Origin: Paragordius varius
Taxonomy: Eukaryota > Animalia > Nematomorpha
Assembly (NCBI GenBank): GCA_964247055.1
Contig: OZ176054.1
Coordinates: forward strand, 13,082,001-13,146,000
Reading direction: 5' to 3'
DNA: 64,000 nucleotides
Shown here: piece by piece, positions 24,900 through 38,600 of the stretch
Position numbering within the stretch: position 1 is the stretch's first letter
Layout of the letters: every line of letters begins with the position of its first letter
Notes under the pieces: model-generated
What the model saw: the letters and a program-made list of their open reading frames with translations, nothing else
Told to the model about the DNA's origin: nothing
Databases searched by the model: none
Made by a program: the position numbers and the translations under genes

Positions 24900-25081
24900 T
24901 TAAATGATGTAAAACCAATAATGTCTTGACCATTGTATAAATGCCTATTTCGCGCCATAATGGATAAAATAAGAGAATTTGTGCTAAATTTTTTAATTTT
25001 AAAACCCTTCTATATATATAAAAAATTTATCGGTTAAATACTTTGCATCAAAATATTTTTTTTTCAGTATTTCACTTTCCA

Positions 25082-28000
25082 ATGTCCGATCATAACGAGT
25101 TGAACAATCACATTGTCGATTTAGGCATATTGCAAATCTATAATCCAACACCTTATGAAAAGTAATAAAAGTTTTTTATACAATTCATAGTATAACTGAT
25201 GAGCTTCTTTTAGATATTACAACACACAATGTTGGCATTATTCGAGAACATGTTCGCAAAGTTTAATTTTGCATGTTAACTTTTTATATTTTAGTTGGAA
25301 ACCCATAAAATGGAAGATGTAATAACTGTTAAACTTCCAGAACCAGAAACTAGGTTACCACGCGAAAAACCAGTACATGCAATCAATTTATTTTTTAGAT
25401 TCCAAAACCAAAAGTTATGACTAAATGGGAAAAATTTGCTAAAGAAAAAGGAATTAAACCTCACAAAAAAGAGAGAATGGTATTCGATGAAATTACTCAA
25501 ACTTGGAAACCTTCTTGGGGTTATGACCGCGCAAATAATGATAAATTGAAGAATTGGTTGATTGAATTGCCAGATAATTCAGGTGACAAAACAATTTTTT
25601 TTCTAAAATATTTTTTCACATTAAACGTGTTTTTCTGCATAAGATTTTACATAACGCTCTTCTTTCATCCAAATGTTATATGAGTTCATGGCTTGAAAAT
25701 TATTTCTTTTACCCATATGAAAATAATTTAAAAAATCAATCATTAGCATATACTTCCACCAATCTTATATGGCACATTTAACAAATTTTAAATGATTCAG
25801 CGGCGGTTTATCTTTAATTGAAATATAAAATAAAAGGAATATAATTATATTTGTTAGTTCTCCAATGAATTTGGTCATTTTAATTACGAAGTTTTTTTTG
25901 CATAAATTTTTTTATTGCTTAATGAAGGAATTTTGGGTAATTAATTATTTGAATTTGAAAAACGATAATAGAATGAGAGTTTTTTTGGAAAGATACCATT
26001 TACAATTTATCACCCTTTAACAACTCAAATCACCCTAAAAATAAATTGTTGTTTTCGGGTAGCTAATATAACTCATCATTAATATGAAATATATCTTTAG
26101 GCTTAATCTGATATTTTTTCATTATTACATTAATTTTAAACAAAATTCTATAAATCAATTTCAAATAATTCATAATTTATTTTGGGGTGAATTTCAACTT
26201 AACTGTTAATTACTGATTAGTTTCAATGTAAAATAATTGACTTTTTGATACATTGATGCTTTACATCTTTTTGATTAACGGATAAACCATTGATTAAGTA
26301 CATTCCTTATATAAATAAGTAAGTATATATTCTGAAATAGGGCAAGAAACGCATATATATATAAATAATCATAAAAATATTAAATTAATTAAAAATTCAA
26401 ATGTTAGGTTATAAAACGATAATTATTTAAAGAGATAAAAAAAATAAAAAGCTTTATGCCAATTTACCGTAAAATAGATTTTTAAATGCCAGGATTTTTT
26501 AAATATATATATATATATATATATATGCGATATCTCTTTTTTAGACGGGTATACCGATGCATATGCACAAAAAAATGAAGCTAAAAAACGCAAATTATCC
26601 AAAATTGAAAAGGCACAAACTGCAAACATTAAAAGATTAAAAATGCCACAAAATTCCTCTTTGATTAAAGAAAACCGGGGGAATTTTTTGTTGGAAAATC
26701 CAAAAGCTAATGTCAAATTACCTATTCACGTGGAAAAAGAGGTAGAACATATAAAGTAATAAAATTCATGTGGACAAAACCTTGAAATTATAAAGACAAA
26801 TATTTTATTTCAAAAGACAACCAACCACATCCTTTTTAGGAAACATTAATTTTTGCTATATAAATTATATAACTACAATTGGAAATTAAATAATTGATTG
26901 TTATACCTATATATACATATCAATTTTAACTTTGCAGTTTTAAACTATGAGTTATATTTGAAATAATTAACAAAAAGTATGGTTGGTTTTCTTTTAGAAA
27001 AAGATATTTGTCTTTATATTTTTACGTTTTGTCCGTAAAATTTCAGTTTTTACTGTATAAAGTAATAAAATTGATTAATAATCATAGATTTTAATTTTTA
27101 TTATTGTGGAATTTTAATTTTTGGGTTGTAAATTAACGAATAGTCAATAACATTCAATTATTTCACAATTATCAAGTTTATTGAAAAAAGTATGGTGTCT
27201 TTTAGAAAATATATTCTTTATTTTTTTACGTTTTGCTTTTAAAATTTTTTATTTTTACTGTGATTGGTATATATATAGATATATATACCATTTACTATTT
27301 AATTTCACCTTTGAACAATTATATTTCACCCTTAAACAATTCAAATTGACCCTTGAACAATTCAAATTCACCCTAAAATAAATTAGGTTTTTTAAGATTA
27401 AAATCTACCTATATTTTTAAAAAAAGTAATTTTGAATGTAATCAAATCAATAAACTTTGCCATAAAAATATATTTATTTTTAATGATGTGTTGTATTAGA
27501 CCGAAATTTCATAATTTATTTTTAGGGTGAATTTGAATTGTTCGAGGGTGAATATAAATTGTAAATTGTATATATAATATATATATGACAGAAATTGGGT
27601 CAGGCTTTGAAAGAAGCCCATACCTCGACTGCTTCGATGGGTAAATTCCCAGTCTATCGACCGCCCACTGAAAAACCCATGAAATCGCTTAAAACGCTAT
27701 CAAAAAGTGGACAAAGAAATCTTGATAACCAAGTTAAATTAGGTTAGTTAGGACTGTTTTATAAAGATTTTTATAGAGATATACGGTAAAGTTGGAAATA
27801 AAAAAAGCTTAAATCCAAAAACATGGAATACAAAAGTTAAAGTTTTTTTGCTATTATCTATAAGGTTGACACATTTAGATTATGAAGTCATATTTCAAAA
27901 GCTTATTTTTTATAACTTGATTCCATATATGTTTAACACAAATTTATTTATAACACACACCAGTACGTATAACATTAGATGAAGTTAATTAAAATAATGA

Positions 28001-29037
28001 CATAATTTTTATATATCCAACATTTTTATTTCCTTTATAACTCTAGAGCTTATATGAATATTATTTTTTAAATCAAATTAGGTAAACCGAAAACGCCTCT
28101 ATTAGACACCAAGACAGAAAGTAAAACTCAACTTAGCATTCTGACAACGATAGCTGGAAAGGAACCCAAAATCACGAATGTGGATAGATTGGCCAATGTT
28201 GCATTACATCAATTAGCTCAGGCTGATAAGGTTTTTTAAGATATATAAAATTATGAAAAAAAAATTACATAGATTGGATTGGAATTGAAATCGTTTCTAA
28301 TTCCGATTCAATCTTTTATGCCAAATATTTTTAGAGTCCCGAATATTTCATAAGAAATAGGTTGAATTTACTTTTATGATGAAATATATATAAATGTTAC
28401 ATAAACTAATCATATAAATCATATTTTTTTATTAGAAGTTTATAATCGGGTCAAAATATAGCATTCTTGTTTGAATCCTAGAATGTGGTCATTCATGGTC
28501 ATATTAGTTAACATTTATCACAAATAATGTATGTTTTTACTCTAAAACCAATGATTAACGCACATTTGAGCTAATATAGTTTTTCAATATTTTTGCACAG
28601 TAAAAATAATTTTATACTATTATTTTATAATTTAAATGATATCCATCTTGCATGCATGGGTCCTTTAATAATTAATCATACCCAACCTTAAACTTTATAA
28701 AAGGTATAATATCAAAGGTGATAATTGATTGAACTGTTTATCGTTTGAAAACAGTAAACCAATACCGCGACTATTTAATTTTCATTTGGCCATAACTTGT
28801 TTTTGCGCATATTTTTAGGTTAAACGAAGTCAAGACCAGGAAATTCGAAGTAAAAATAAGATAAAGAAACAATCGAAAGCCAAAAAGTATGGAATTGGAA
28901 CTGCAAACAATAAATTGGAATATGGCGTTAGGAAAAAGTCAAACATGAAATCCTACAATAAGAGTGAACGCAAAAATGCAATCAAGAAAACTAATCGAAA
29001 GAATGCCTCTAAAATGGGCAAAAAGAAAGCGCATTAA
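25082..29037 (+). CDS. RRS1: Ribosome biogenesis regulatory protein RRS1, ~375 aa, 8 exons
   Basis: Exons 25082-25161, 25191-25260, 25295-25372, 25399-25582, 26545-26741, 27592-27742, 28082-28230, 28819-29037. Motifs: VDLG, [56 protein letters not shown], and a basic C-terminal tail. Confidence 0.93.
27288..27568. mobile_element. CCATTTAC-subfamily element
   Basis: TA|CCATTTAC ... TGTAAATTG|TA, flanked by (TA)n. Confidence 0.78.
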
Positions 29038-29058
29038 TTAACAATTATCGTTTTTCTG

Positions 29059-29070
29059 AATAAATTTATT
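29059..29070. terminator. Candidate shared bidirectional poly(A) signal AATAAATTTATT
   Basis: Perfect 12-bp palindrome giving AATAAA on both strands, in the 50-bp gap between the convergent RRS1 (29037) and UXT (29088) stop codons. Confidence 0.5.
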
Positions 29071-29087
29071 TCTCTTATATCAATTTA

Positions 29088-29583
29088 TTAATATGATTGT
29101 AAGGGTTGTTTAATGTTAATTTCCTGGATTTTAAATAGAAAAAAATACTTGTAAACATAGGTTAATTTCGTTAATTAAAGTAAGTATATCATCATCATTT
29201 AATCTAATTTTTGTGTCCAACAAAGCCATTTTTTTATCAATAAAATTAAGGGCTTCGTCTAATTTAAAGTTAACGAGTAAATTAAATCCAACATTTATAA
29301 AAACATATTCTTTTTCCTTGATCTTCGCATTCATGTAAAAATTACAGCCAATATCCGTTTTTATTTTCAATGGATTGATTGTTGAACATTCCTAGAAAAT
29401 TAGTCGACAAATACAAACTTTAATTGTTAAAATAAAATCTTTTGTTTTCAGATATTCCTCACAACTTTTAACCAATGTTTCTTTTATATCATACAATTTG
29501 CTAACTATATAGAAAAACGAAAGATACTGCAAATTTCGCTTTATAAGAGTATCAGCGTTTTCAATTTGAAAAGCCTGATCCAT
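29088..29583 (-). CDS. UXT: UXT (alpha-class prefoldin-like), ~138 aa, 4 exons
   Basis: Exons 29528-29583, 29419-29500, 29149-29391, 29088-29123; introns 27, 27, 25 nt. Spliced product contains KRNLHKLYDIKETLVKSCEEYL, IKTDIGCNFYM, VFINVGFNLLVNFKLDEALNFIDKK, matching UXT motifs (VDLGCNFF, ALGYGFF..TLAEALKFIDRK). The last exon is less certain; unspliced it ends VFFSI*. Confidence 0.85.
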
Positions 29584-30211
29584 AAATGTTCAACGGGCCT
29601 TATTTTAGGTAAGAAAAATGTACGTAAAAACAATATATTTTATAAATAACTCAAATTATAAATACGGTGCACTATGAACAAAAAGCTTAAATATAAATTA
29701 GGTAAAAAAGTCAATTTTTTGAAAAATAAGGAAACGTCAGGTTAAGATGATAGGTATCGTAATATTATACATTCTGATGAAACATATATATATTCACAAA
29801 ATAATACATCAACATTCTCTTAGTTTAAAAAATAAGTGATTTACGAAAATTATTTGCGCTTTTTTGGTAACTGCTCCATATCAGAAAATAAAAATTTGCG
29901 CACTTTTGTTAAAGAAAACTTTTATCTAAACCTAAAAACATTAAATACATTCATTTGAGCCTTCCTAATTAGGAACAATTATTTTAGGTGTTTTTAAATC
30001 AGCCTTTATAATTTTTATTATTTGACAACCAGAGTAAAAATTATGCCTGCTTTAGTTTTTATGAGCATTAGACATAAAATTTTTAAAAAATGATGCACTA
30101 ACTTTTCATCTCAAACTTTTTCTTCGCCATTCTTCTTAAATGTTATTTACACATGACACTTTTTTGGCAATGATATACTGGGGTAGTTTTATATTCTAGA
30201 GGTATATTTAA

Positions 30212-30784
30212 CACTTCAATTCAAATTGGGGTATCTGAATACCCCAGACTAAATTTAAATTAGGAATTTAAAAAAACAACTGAAGAAAACTGTTCCAATT
30301 TAATTTTATGCTTCTATCCTATTAAAAATTATATAAATATGCTAAAATATCTAAATAAAATTTTGTATTGAAAAAAAAGTTCCATGTCAAACTACTTAGA
30401 CGCCATTTTTATACAAAATTTTTGCGAAATTTCGTCTTCATTTATTTTAAGGGTAAAATTAAAGCTAGTTTTTTATTTAAATCCCATCTAACATTGATAG
30501 AAGCAGAAAAAGCGGTTTATATAGTAGTTTTTTTTAATATCATTGCACACATGTCACGTTGACTAAATTTTTACAATTCGGTTTTACCTTAAAATAAGTA
30601 ATATCAAGTATTTTTGAATATAATTTTTTGTATATATCGGTTTATTAATGTTATATAAGTGCAAAATCTTACCATGGTTTTGATTCCTTCCATATTTTTT
30701 AAAGAATTTAATTTAAAACAGGCCTGGGGTACCCAACTACCCTGATTTGAATCAAAGGACTAAAATGAATGTGTTGTACAAGTG
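30212..30784 (-). mobile_element. piggyBac-type MITE, copy B
   Basis: TTAA|CACTTCAATTCAAATTGGGGTATC ... GTGTTGTACAAGTG|TTAA; TTAA at 30208-30211 and 30785-30788. Confidence 0.85.
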
Positions 30785-31734
30785 TTAAATAAAGTTTACA
30801 TTGTTCTCCCCTATTATGAAAGCTTCTATTTTGTAACTTGAGTCTAAAATTGGTACAAACATGATTGAAATCCCAATTCATTTTAAAATCAATCATATTT
30901 TTGTGGAAATGTAACTTGAAAGTATTAAATAATATACATATATTTGCCTACTTTATAGCGATCGTAAAAAATATAGAAAAAACTATCAGCGAAAAGTAAT
31001 TTATCATTAAATATTATTACAATAAAAATAAAATTGATACAAATAATGTGAAAACTGAGAAAATATTTATTTCTTAAAGGCAGCCATATTTTTCAAAAAT
31101 CAATCGTATGTGCGATCAAATGTAAATATATATAATTTATATAATTTACAATAATCATTGAGTTCTGTAATGATTCAATAAAATTATGGCTATTTTAAAT
31201 GTCATTTAGTATGTAGATTATGTCTTTGTAAATTAATTTTTTTACCTGTAAATATGGTTAAAGCACATTCTCCATTTTCTAAAAAAATATTTGTGTCTTT
31301 AATCTCGATAAATATGGGCTTAATGGCCAGGATGTTTATTTTATCAAGACTAAGATAGTTGCGCCTCGATTTATGCCTGTTATATTTCTTAATTTAAACC
31401 GATATTGTTGACATCTTTTTAAATTAGCCCCTATATTTAGCTCCTCCGGTGGGAAAAAATTGTAAAAGTATTCCAAAATAGTGTTTAGTTATGGGAAACT
31501 TATAAACCATTTGTCAATTTTCATTTACATAGTCCCTATAATAATACCAATCCTTTCGAGTCACATTGTAAATTTATCGAACAGCCCACACTCTGATAAA
31601 TACGTCTTGCTCAAGGTTAAATTATCTGAGAAGATTATTATTCATCGGTCTCAATAAATTAATACATAGCAAAATTAATATGGGCGAATAAGTGATGGTT
31701 AAAAATACTTAAATTTACTTAATAATAATTAATA

Positions 31735-31993
31735 CAGTAAAAAATGAAATTATACAGACAAAACGTAAAAATATAAAGACAAATAGTTTTATCTAAAAGA
31801 AAATACTTAAATTTTCATACTACTACTTAGTTACAATTGTAAAATATAGAATTAATTGTGTTAGTTATATATCTCTATTTCACAGTTTGCCATTTAAAAC
31901 AATGAGTTATATTGAAATAAATCAAAATTATGGTTGTCTTTATATTTTCCTATATATTTTTACATTTTGTCCGTATAATTTCAGTTATTACTG
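31735..31993. mobile_element. CAGT-family MITE
   Basis: TA|CAGTAAAAATGAAATTATACAGACAAAACG ... TTGTCCGTATAATTTCAGTTATTACTG|TA. Confidence 0.85.
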
Positions 31994-32615
31994 TATTATT
32001 TTTACATCTCTTTTATTCAATTCATTCTAAAATATCTATTATTTCTAATCATCGCCTTAACTTGTCACATGGACGCAGAGTTTATTGAAAAAAGATTTTT
32101 AATGTTTTTTTTTTCAATAAATACCACAGAAATTTTTTCAACACCAATAAGAAATAATAAATTTTTATGTCTAAAAAGTGGAATAATCAATACTCTCCCA
32201 TTTTTTTGACCATAATTCAATAATTAGTTAAATTACTAGTTATAATGATTATGCATTTCAATCGCTTCAAATTTACTTATCGTGCTGATAAAAATTTTTG
32301 ATCAATTATTTTTTGAGGGATTAAATATATTCCAAAAATTCGATCAATCCACCACAATCACATTTATTATATATTTTTTCCATCCCTTTCATTAAAAATA
32401 AATTTACCATATGCCCTTTGCTTATAAACGTGTATAAGTATAAAAATATAATTAGAACATTTATATATATATATATTTATGACGACACAAATGGTTTTGG
32501 ATTATCATAAGAGAGAGAGAGAGAGATGAAGATGGGATAGTATATTTCAAAGATTGCACTGACAAGTTTTTTGTTTCCAATAAAAGCATGGGGAAAAAAA
32601 CTCCGCATTTTATGT

Positions 32616-35600
32616 TTATGATTGAACCACAATCCACTGCTTATCTTCCTGGAAAGGGGCGGTATTGTAAGTTAGTGTCCCCAATCGGATCTCATAATTT
32701 CCACAGTATCCTGGTTTGATTGGTCTAACGTCTATTCCCCTTCTAAAGCGCACAAAATTTAATTAAAAAAATTAGTCCAAAATTGATATTATACAGACAA
32801 AGTGTAAATGAAAAGACAAATATTTTCTTAAAAAAGACAATCATATTTTTAAAATCTTGATTTTTTTACATATAACATATCTTTTTGGGTTGCAAATGTA
32901 AAAAATAGAGATGTAAGGTTGAAAAACTTCCAACTATATACTTTAAATCGTAATTATTATATGGTTTATGTAGAATTTATTAAACATCAAAAAGTATGAT
33001 TATGTTTTTAAAATTTGTCCTTTAATTTATACGTTTTGTCCGCACATTTTAAATTTTTACCTGTAAACAAGAATTATAATTATATATGAAACTTTAACAT
33101 ACTTTATCATGCGACACCTCTGTTCATCCAGCCTTTGTTCAGCATGATCTATTCTCCTGACATATTTGGGACTCCATAACCTTTCCGCGACAGCACAAGC
33201 CCGTGGCCTGGAATGATAAAATAAAATGCGTGTTATAACAGAACAGTAAAAATAAAAGTTTTATACAAAAGACAAAACGTAAAAATATAAAGACAAAAAA
33301 TATTATATTTTCAAATGACAGCCAAAACTATTTAACTTTCCTAATATAGTTACAATCGTAAAATACATAATTGATTGTGTGACCAAAATACATCTCTTAC
33401 TTTGCATATAAACATATGAATTATATTAAAAAATAGGGTTAAAAAAGACCAGCGTTACTTTGATAAAAAATTTTATCTTTATATTTTTAGTTTTGTCCGT
33501 CTAATTTCAATTTTTATTAATAAAAATTAAATAGTATCGATATCTATGCGAAAATGCTTAAATTTGCTCAAAAAACTTGCCAAATAGTTTCAGAAATGGA
33601 AGTTGGATCCACATATTCCGACCACATGCAAGCTTCTCCCCCCAAAATGCCATTTTTTTGATCCGGTTCTAAATCTAAACAAATATATATGTTCATTTTT
33701 GGTATTGAATACCAATATAAAAACCTTTTTTAAACATTTTTAGATCCATAAATTTCATATAATATAATTTAAACCGAGTATCAGAATTCACAAAAATTTA
33801 TATTTTAACCAATGTAATTTCTTAAATTCATGGATATATATGTTAAAGATCTTTTATAAATTTAATTTGTTATCCACTCTATACCAATAGATTTTTCTGG
33901 ATCATATGAATAAAATCGTTGCCAATCCTCTTTGCTTAGGGCATCATCCAAATACCAAGGCGCAGAGATGATTAAATTGTGTCCGTCCGCAATGTAATTT
34001 GCCAGCTTAAGTCCCAGGGATATTCGACCCCAATTTTTCCAGACTTGGAGGATTACATCGTTAGGAACCTAAATATATAAATACCATATCGCAATTTTTA
34101 TTAAATAATTATTTTATCAAATAGAAAAATACAGTGTCTAAATGGTAATTAAAATTTGCCATTTGCAATGCATTATACGTATTAACCATTTTGACGATCA
34201 AATTTTTTACATAAATTTGAAATTAAAATTTTTTGTGTCAAAATCATAATTTTTTGATTTTTTTAGCGCGCTTAATATTTAAATTAAATTTTGGTTTATT
34301 TACATTATAAATGCGGTAATCATCTCGAAATGACATAATATTTTAAGGAATCAATCCATTTACAGTAAAATTTAAAATTATACGGACAAAACTTAATAAT
34401 ATAAAGATGAATATTATTTTTAAAAGTCTTCCATACTTTTTAAATCTTGATTTTTTTAATATAAATCATTGTTAAAAATTGCCAAGTATGATATAAAGAT
34501 GTATATTGGTAAAACAATTATTTACATACTTAAAAATTGTAATTAATTTTAAAAATAAAGTTTAAAAACAACATGATTATATTAAAAAAATTTGGATGTC
34601 TCTATATTTTTACGTTTTATTAGTATAATTTCAATTTTTAATCTAATTAAAATTTGTTCATCGTAATAAAAGCAAAACAAAATTAATGCTTAAATAATTA
34701 TTAAATTCAACAAGAATATGAATTTGAATTCAACATTGAAGAAAAGAACCTTAATACTGTCTTCAACAGGATCTTCCCATATAATTGCACGCTTTCCAAG
34801 CCTGTTGATAATATCCAAAGTTTTGTTCATGTAAAGGCTGAACGCAATCTTATACGGATCCAAATGCTGGGACGAAGTTAAATTTTGAATGTAAGGATTT
34901 GATAACCTAATTCAAACAATTTTCTTAAATCATAATAATTATTCAAATAAATTTTTAAATAAAAATACTTTAATTCCATATATCTAATTATAACGGAATA
35001 TAAATGAAATTCGGTTTTCTTACATGATTTTAGTCAATAAAACAACGTTTTAACAACAATATTTTAGATGAAAAGCAATATTGTATTTAACATATAAAGA
35101 ACAAATGTGTCTTGGTTTGAAAAAGTAATAAATTTGACTAAGATGGGGAATAATTTTTAAAAAATTATTTATCTAAATAGCAAATTTAAAATGGTGCAAT
35201 CTTAGCTACCAGTGTTGTTTCGAATCCTTAAATCGGGATTCATTTTCAAGCCGATTATATGAGTGCGCGCGCTATTTTATTATTTTAAACCTATTACAAA
35301 TAAAAACTATAGCATAAATGGAATATACCAGCAAGCTGGAAAAGTTTCATCCATGCCAGCATGAAAGTAGGGATCAGGAAAGATGGTAAAAATTTCTCTA
35401 AACAGCGAAGTGACCATTTGATACGTTTTGGGATTCAAAGGGTCCAAATTTTCCCGGGCACTGTGGTGTGGAAACCGGGGGGTGTTGGGGTCACGTCCAT
35501 TCCCATAACACGAGGTTAGTACTTCTGAAAATAGAGATTATAAGAGGTTCATAACTATATAATTATATTTTATTTACAGGGATAATATTTCTTATAGGTG

Positions 35601-38600
35601 ACTAGATAATTACGAAAATATATATTTACTGTAATAAATGAAAATATACGAACAAAACAAAATATAAAGGCAAATATTTTTTTCAAAAGTCCGCTAAAAC
35701 AATCTAAAATAATCTTTGAACAATTCAACCTTCGAAGAATTCGAATTTAACCTAAAAATTATGTGTTTTTGGGCTTTTATAATTTATCATTAATAAAATA
35801 TATTTTTATAGCATAGTTTTTTATTTTTTCAGTATTATTTTAATTTTTAACAAAACTTCATTTAAAAATGTGGATTAATCTTAAAAAACGCAATTTATTT
35901 TAGGGTAATATTATTGTTTAAGGGTTAATCGAATTGTAAAAGGGTATATATTATATTAAAATTGTATAAAAATACTTTAAAAAATCAAGGTTTAAAATTA
36001 TGGTTGCTTCTGAAAATATCTTTTATCTTTTAGATTCTGTAAATTTCAATTTTTACTGTATATCAAAATACAGTACTTAGCATGGTAATACAGTAGCTAT
36101 GGTAAAAAACAAATGGTTGATATTTAATATATATATCTTCTTTATTCTTCTTTTTAAATTTGTTTATATAATTATGGTCAAACTTTGTTTTATATCATAC
36201 GCTACTGTATATTACTAATAAGCTATTTTTTTAAAAAAAGTATAAAAAGATAAAAAAATTAAAATACCTACCAGGATGTGATTTTCCCCAGGAATAGGTA
36301 TGGCCTGGTGTATCAAACTCAGGAATAACTCTAATACCACGCATTCTGGCATACTCGATAATGTCAATAACGTCTTCGACTTTATAAATGTGTTGTGGGC
36401 TAAATGCACCCTATTATATGTTCAATATGTTTTGTAAAAATTAGAGGACATATTTTTTAGCAATCGTGAAATGTTTATAATATTAATTTATAACTATAAA
36501 GGGTTAAAAATATTCATAATAACATAATTTCACTTGCGATACCGAGGGACTAGTTTTTTTAAAACTTGATCTGTAAAAATAAAATTGTTTAAAGGTTAGG
36601 GTAAAAATTGGATTTTATAGCTTTATATATATATATATATATATATATATTTAATTATGGTTACTAAATAACTTTTATTATTATTATAAAAAAAATTTAT
36701 TGGTCTTCGAATAAAATTTCAAAAAGTACAAACTTCTCGAGTAACCCAAATATTAAATTTTTAACCTTGATCATACCTGATACGTGTGTTAAATAAAAAT
36801 CAATTTATTTAGTGAAAAAAAATTTGTATTAAAAATTAAAAACAATATGAAATATACCTTTTGAGATAATTCAGGAAAGAGTTTTGATTCATAAGGGAAA
36901 GATTGGTCATCCACAATATGCCAATGGAAAACGTTTAATTTGTTATAACTCATAGCATCCTATACATATACAATAAAAATTGAATTTATAAAGACAAAAT
37001 GTATTAATTAAAAAATCTATTTTTAGCCTTAATTAAATTATATGATTACGATTTTTGATTAACACTATACATTTTAATGTTAACTTACTCACATGTAATT
37101 GGTCATTAACACATTAGTGTAGGGATAAAAACAACAAAATGCTGAAACTATTTTTTGTCTACCCTAAATTATTTTGTTTATTTTATTCAACATTTTATTG
37201 TTGTTTTTTACACTACTGTGGCCAAATATCACTATCTTATAAACAAGCCACCATCAAAATGTTTTGAAAATCAATAAATTATTTTAAATGGCCAAGTGTT
37301 TAAAAAATTATGGTTGTTTTTTTGAAAAAAAAATGTCCTTAGTTTTTACGTTTTTTTGTATAATTTTAATATTTATGCTAACCACACATGTAAGATATTT
37401 TATGATTAAATTATTTTTAAAATTTGATGAAAAAAAATATTATTATACGAGAATGTTTTTAAGAGTTGTGAGTGGCATATAATGTCTAGCCGTGTCAATT
37501 AAGAGGCCTCGGTGTTTGTATCTGGGAGCATCGGATATTGTCATTTTTTTCATAACATACTATATATAATTAAAATAAAATATATATATATATATATATA
37601 TTAAAGACAAAACACGAAAAAATTAAAATAATCAAATTTACATATCTTTTATATTTTTTACCTATATTTGATTTTAAATATCAAATAAAGTTTTTTTTTC
37701 GCACAATAGGATATGTTCAAAAAAACTCAAAGTTTTAAAACTATTATTAATTTATATAAAAATTGCCGTTTTAATTTTTTATGTTTCTTTCTAGAATTCA
37801 CTAGAGAAATTTTATTACCATCTCAAAAAATTTTAGCGACATTTTTTCAAATATAATGAAAGATACAGTTAATTTTTAAAGTTCCCGACAAAAAAATTAT
37901 TTCCATCAATCTTTGAAGCAAAAAGGCAGAAAAAGCAAATATGATTAATCATTCAAAAAAGTTGCACCATGATAAAAATTACGCGTTTGTGCGACATTAA
38001 ATGGCTAGACTATGATTGCCCAATATAAAATGAGTTAAATATATTTTATATTTAATTTCACTAACATACACCTTATGCCTAATAATAATATAACTATTAT
38101 AAATAAATGTTTGGATTATTTGCTCTTTTTATTTGATTTGTTAAAGTCTAAAATTAAAATTTATTTACATAGTATTTTAGTATAGCCATTTCCATTTATA
38201 TATTATTGCGCTTTACTAAATTGATATAAGGTTTAATAAGAATCATAAAATTTTTGATATTCTTTTAAATAAGGGAAAAAACTTAAAAATGATCGTTTTT
38301 TCTCAATTAGTGTGAAATATTTTTATGTATTATTTAATAAAATTAAATAGTAATTTTTGGTAAAAAAATGAAATTTTATATCCAATAATACCGTTTGATT
38401 CGTGGTTATTGTTAGGATTTGACTGATAGTTTCCAGACCTAGATGTATATATATATATATATAAAAATAGTTTTTTCGAATATAAAGAAAATTATTTATT
38501 TATAATTAATATGGGAATTCGCCATTAAATGGCGGTCCACCCGTTAACTTTTTTCCAATCTTTTCTTGATCTGATTAATTCTTAACTTAAGTTTAGCGAT

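Noticed and set aside
1-29583. Operon-like gene cluster
   Set aside because: Neighbouring genes alternate strand, which excludes a polycistronic SL-trans-spliced unit; functions are unrelated housekeeping.
31230-31690. Higher-complexity segment with a ~59-codon open frame on the minus strand
   Set aside because: No start, no recognisable motif, stops in all flanking frames; may be a decayed element but unsupported.
35188-35232. tRNA-like A/B boxes (TGGTGCAAT ... GTTTCGAATCC)
   Set aside because: Boxes are too close together and no cloverleaf could be folded.
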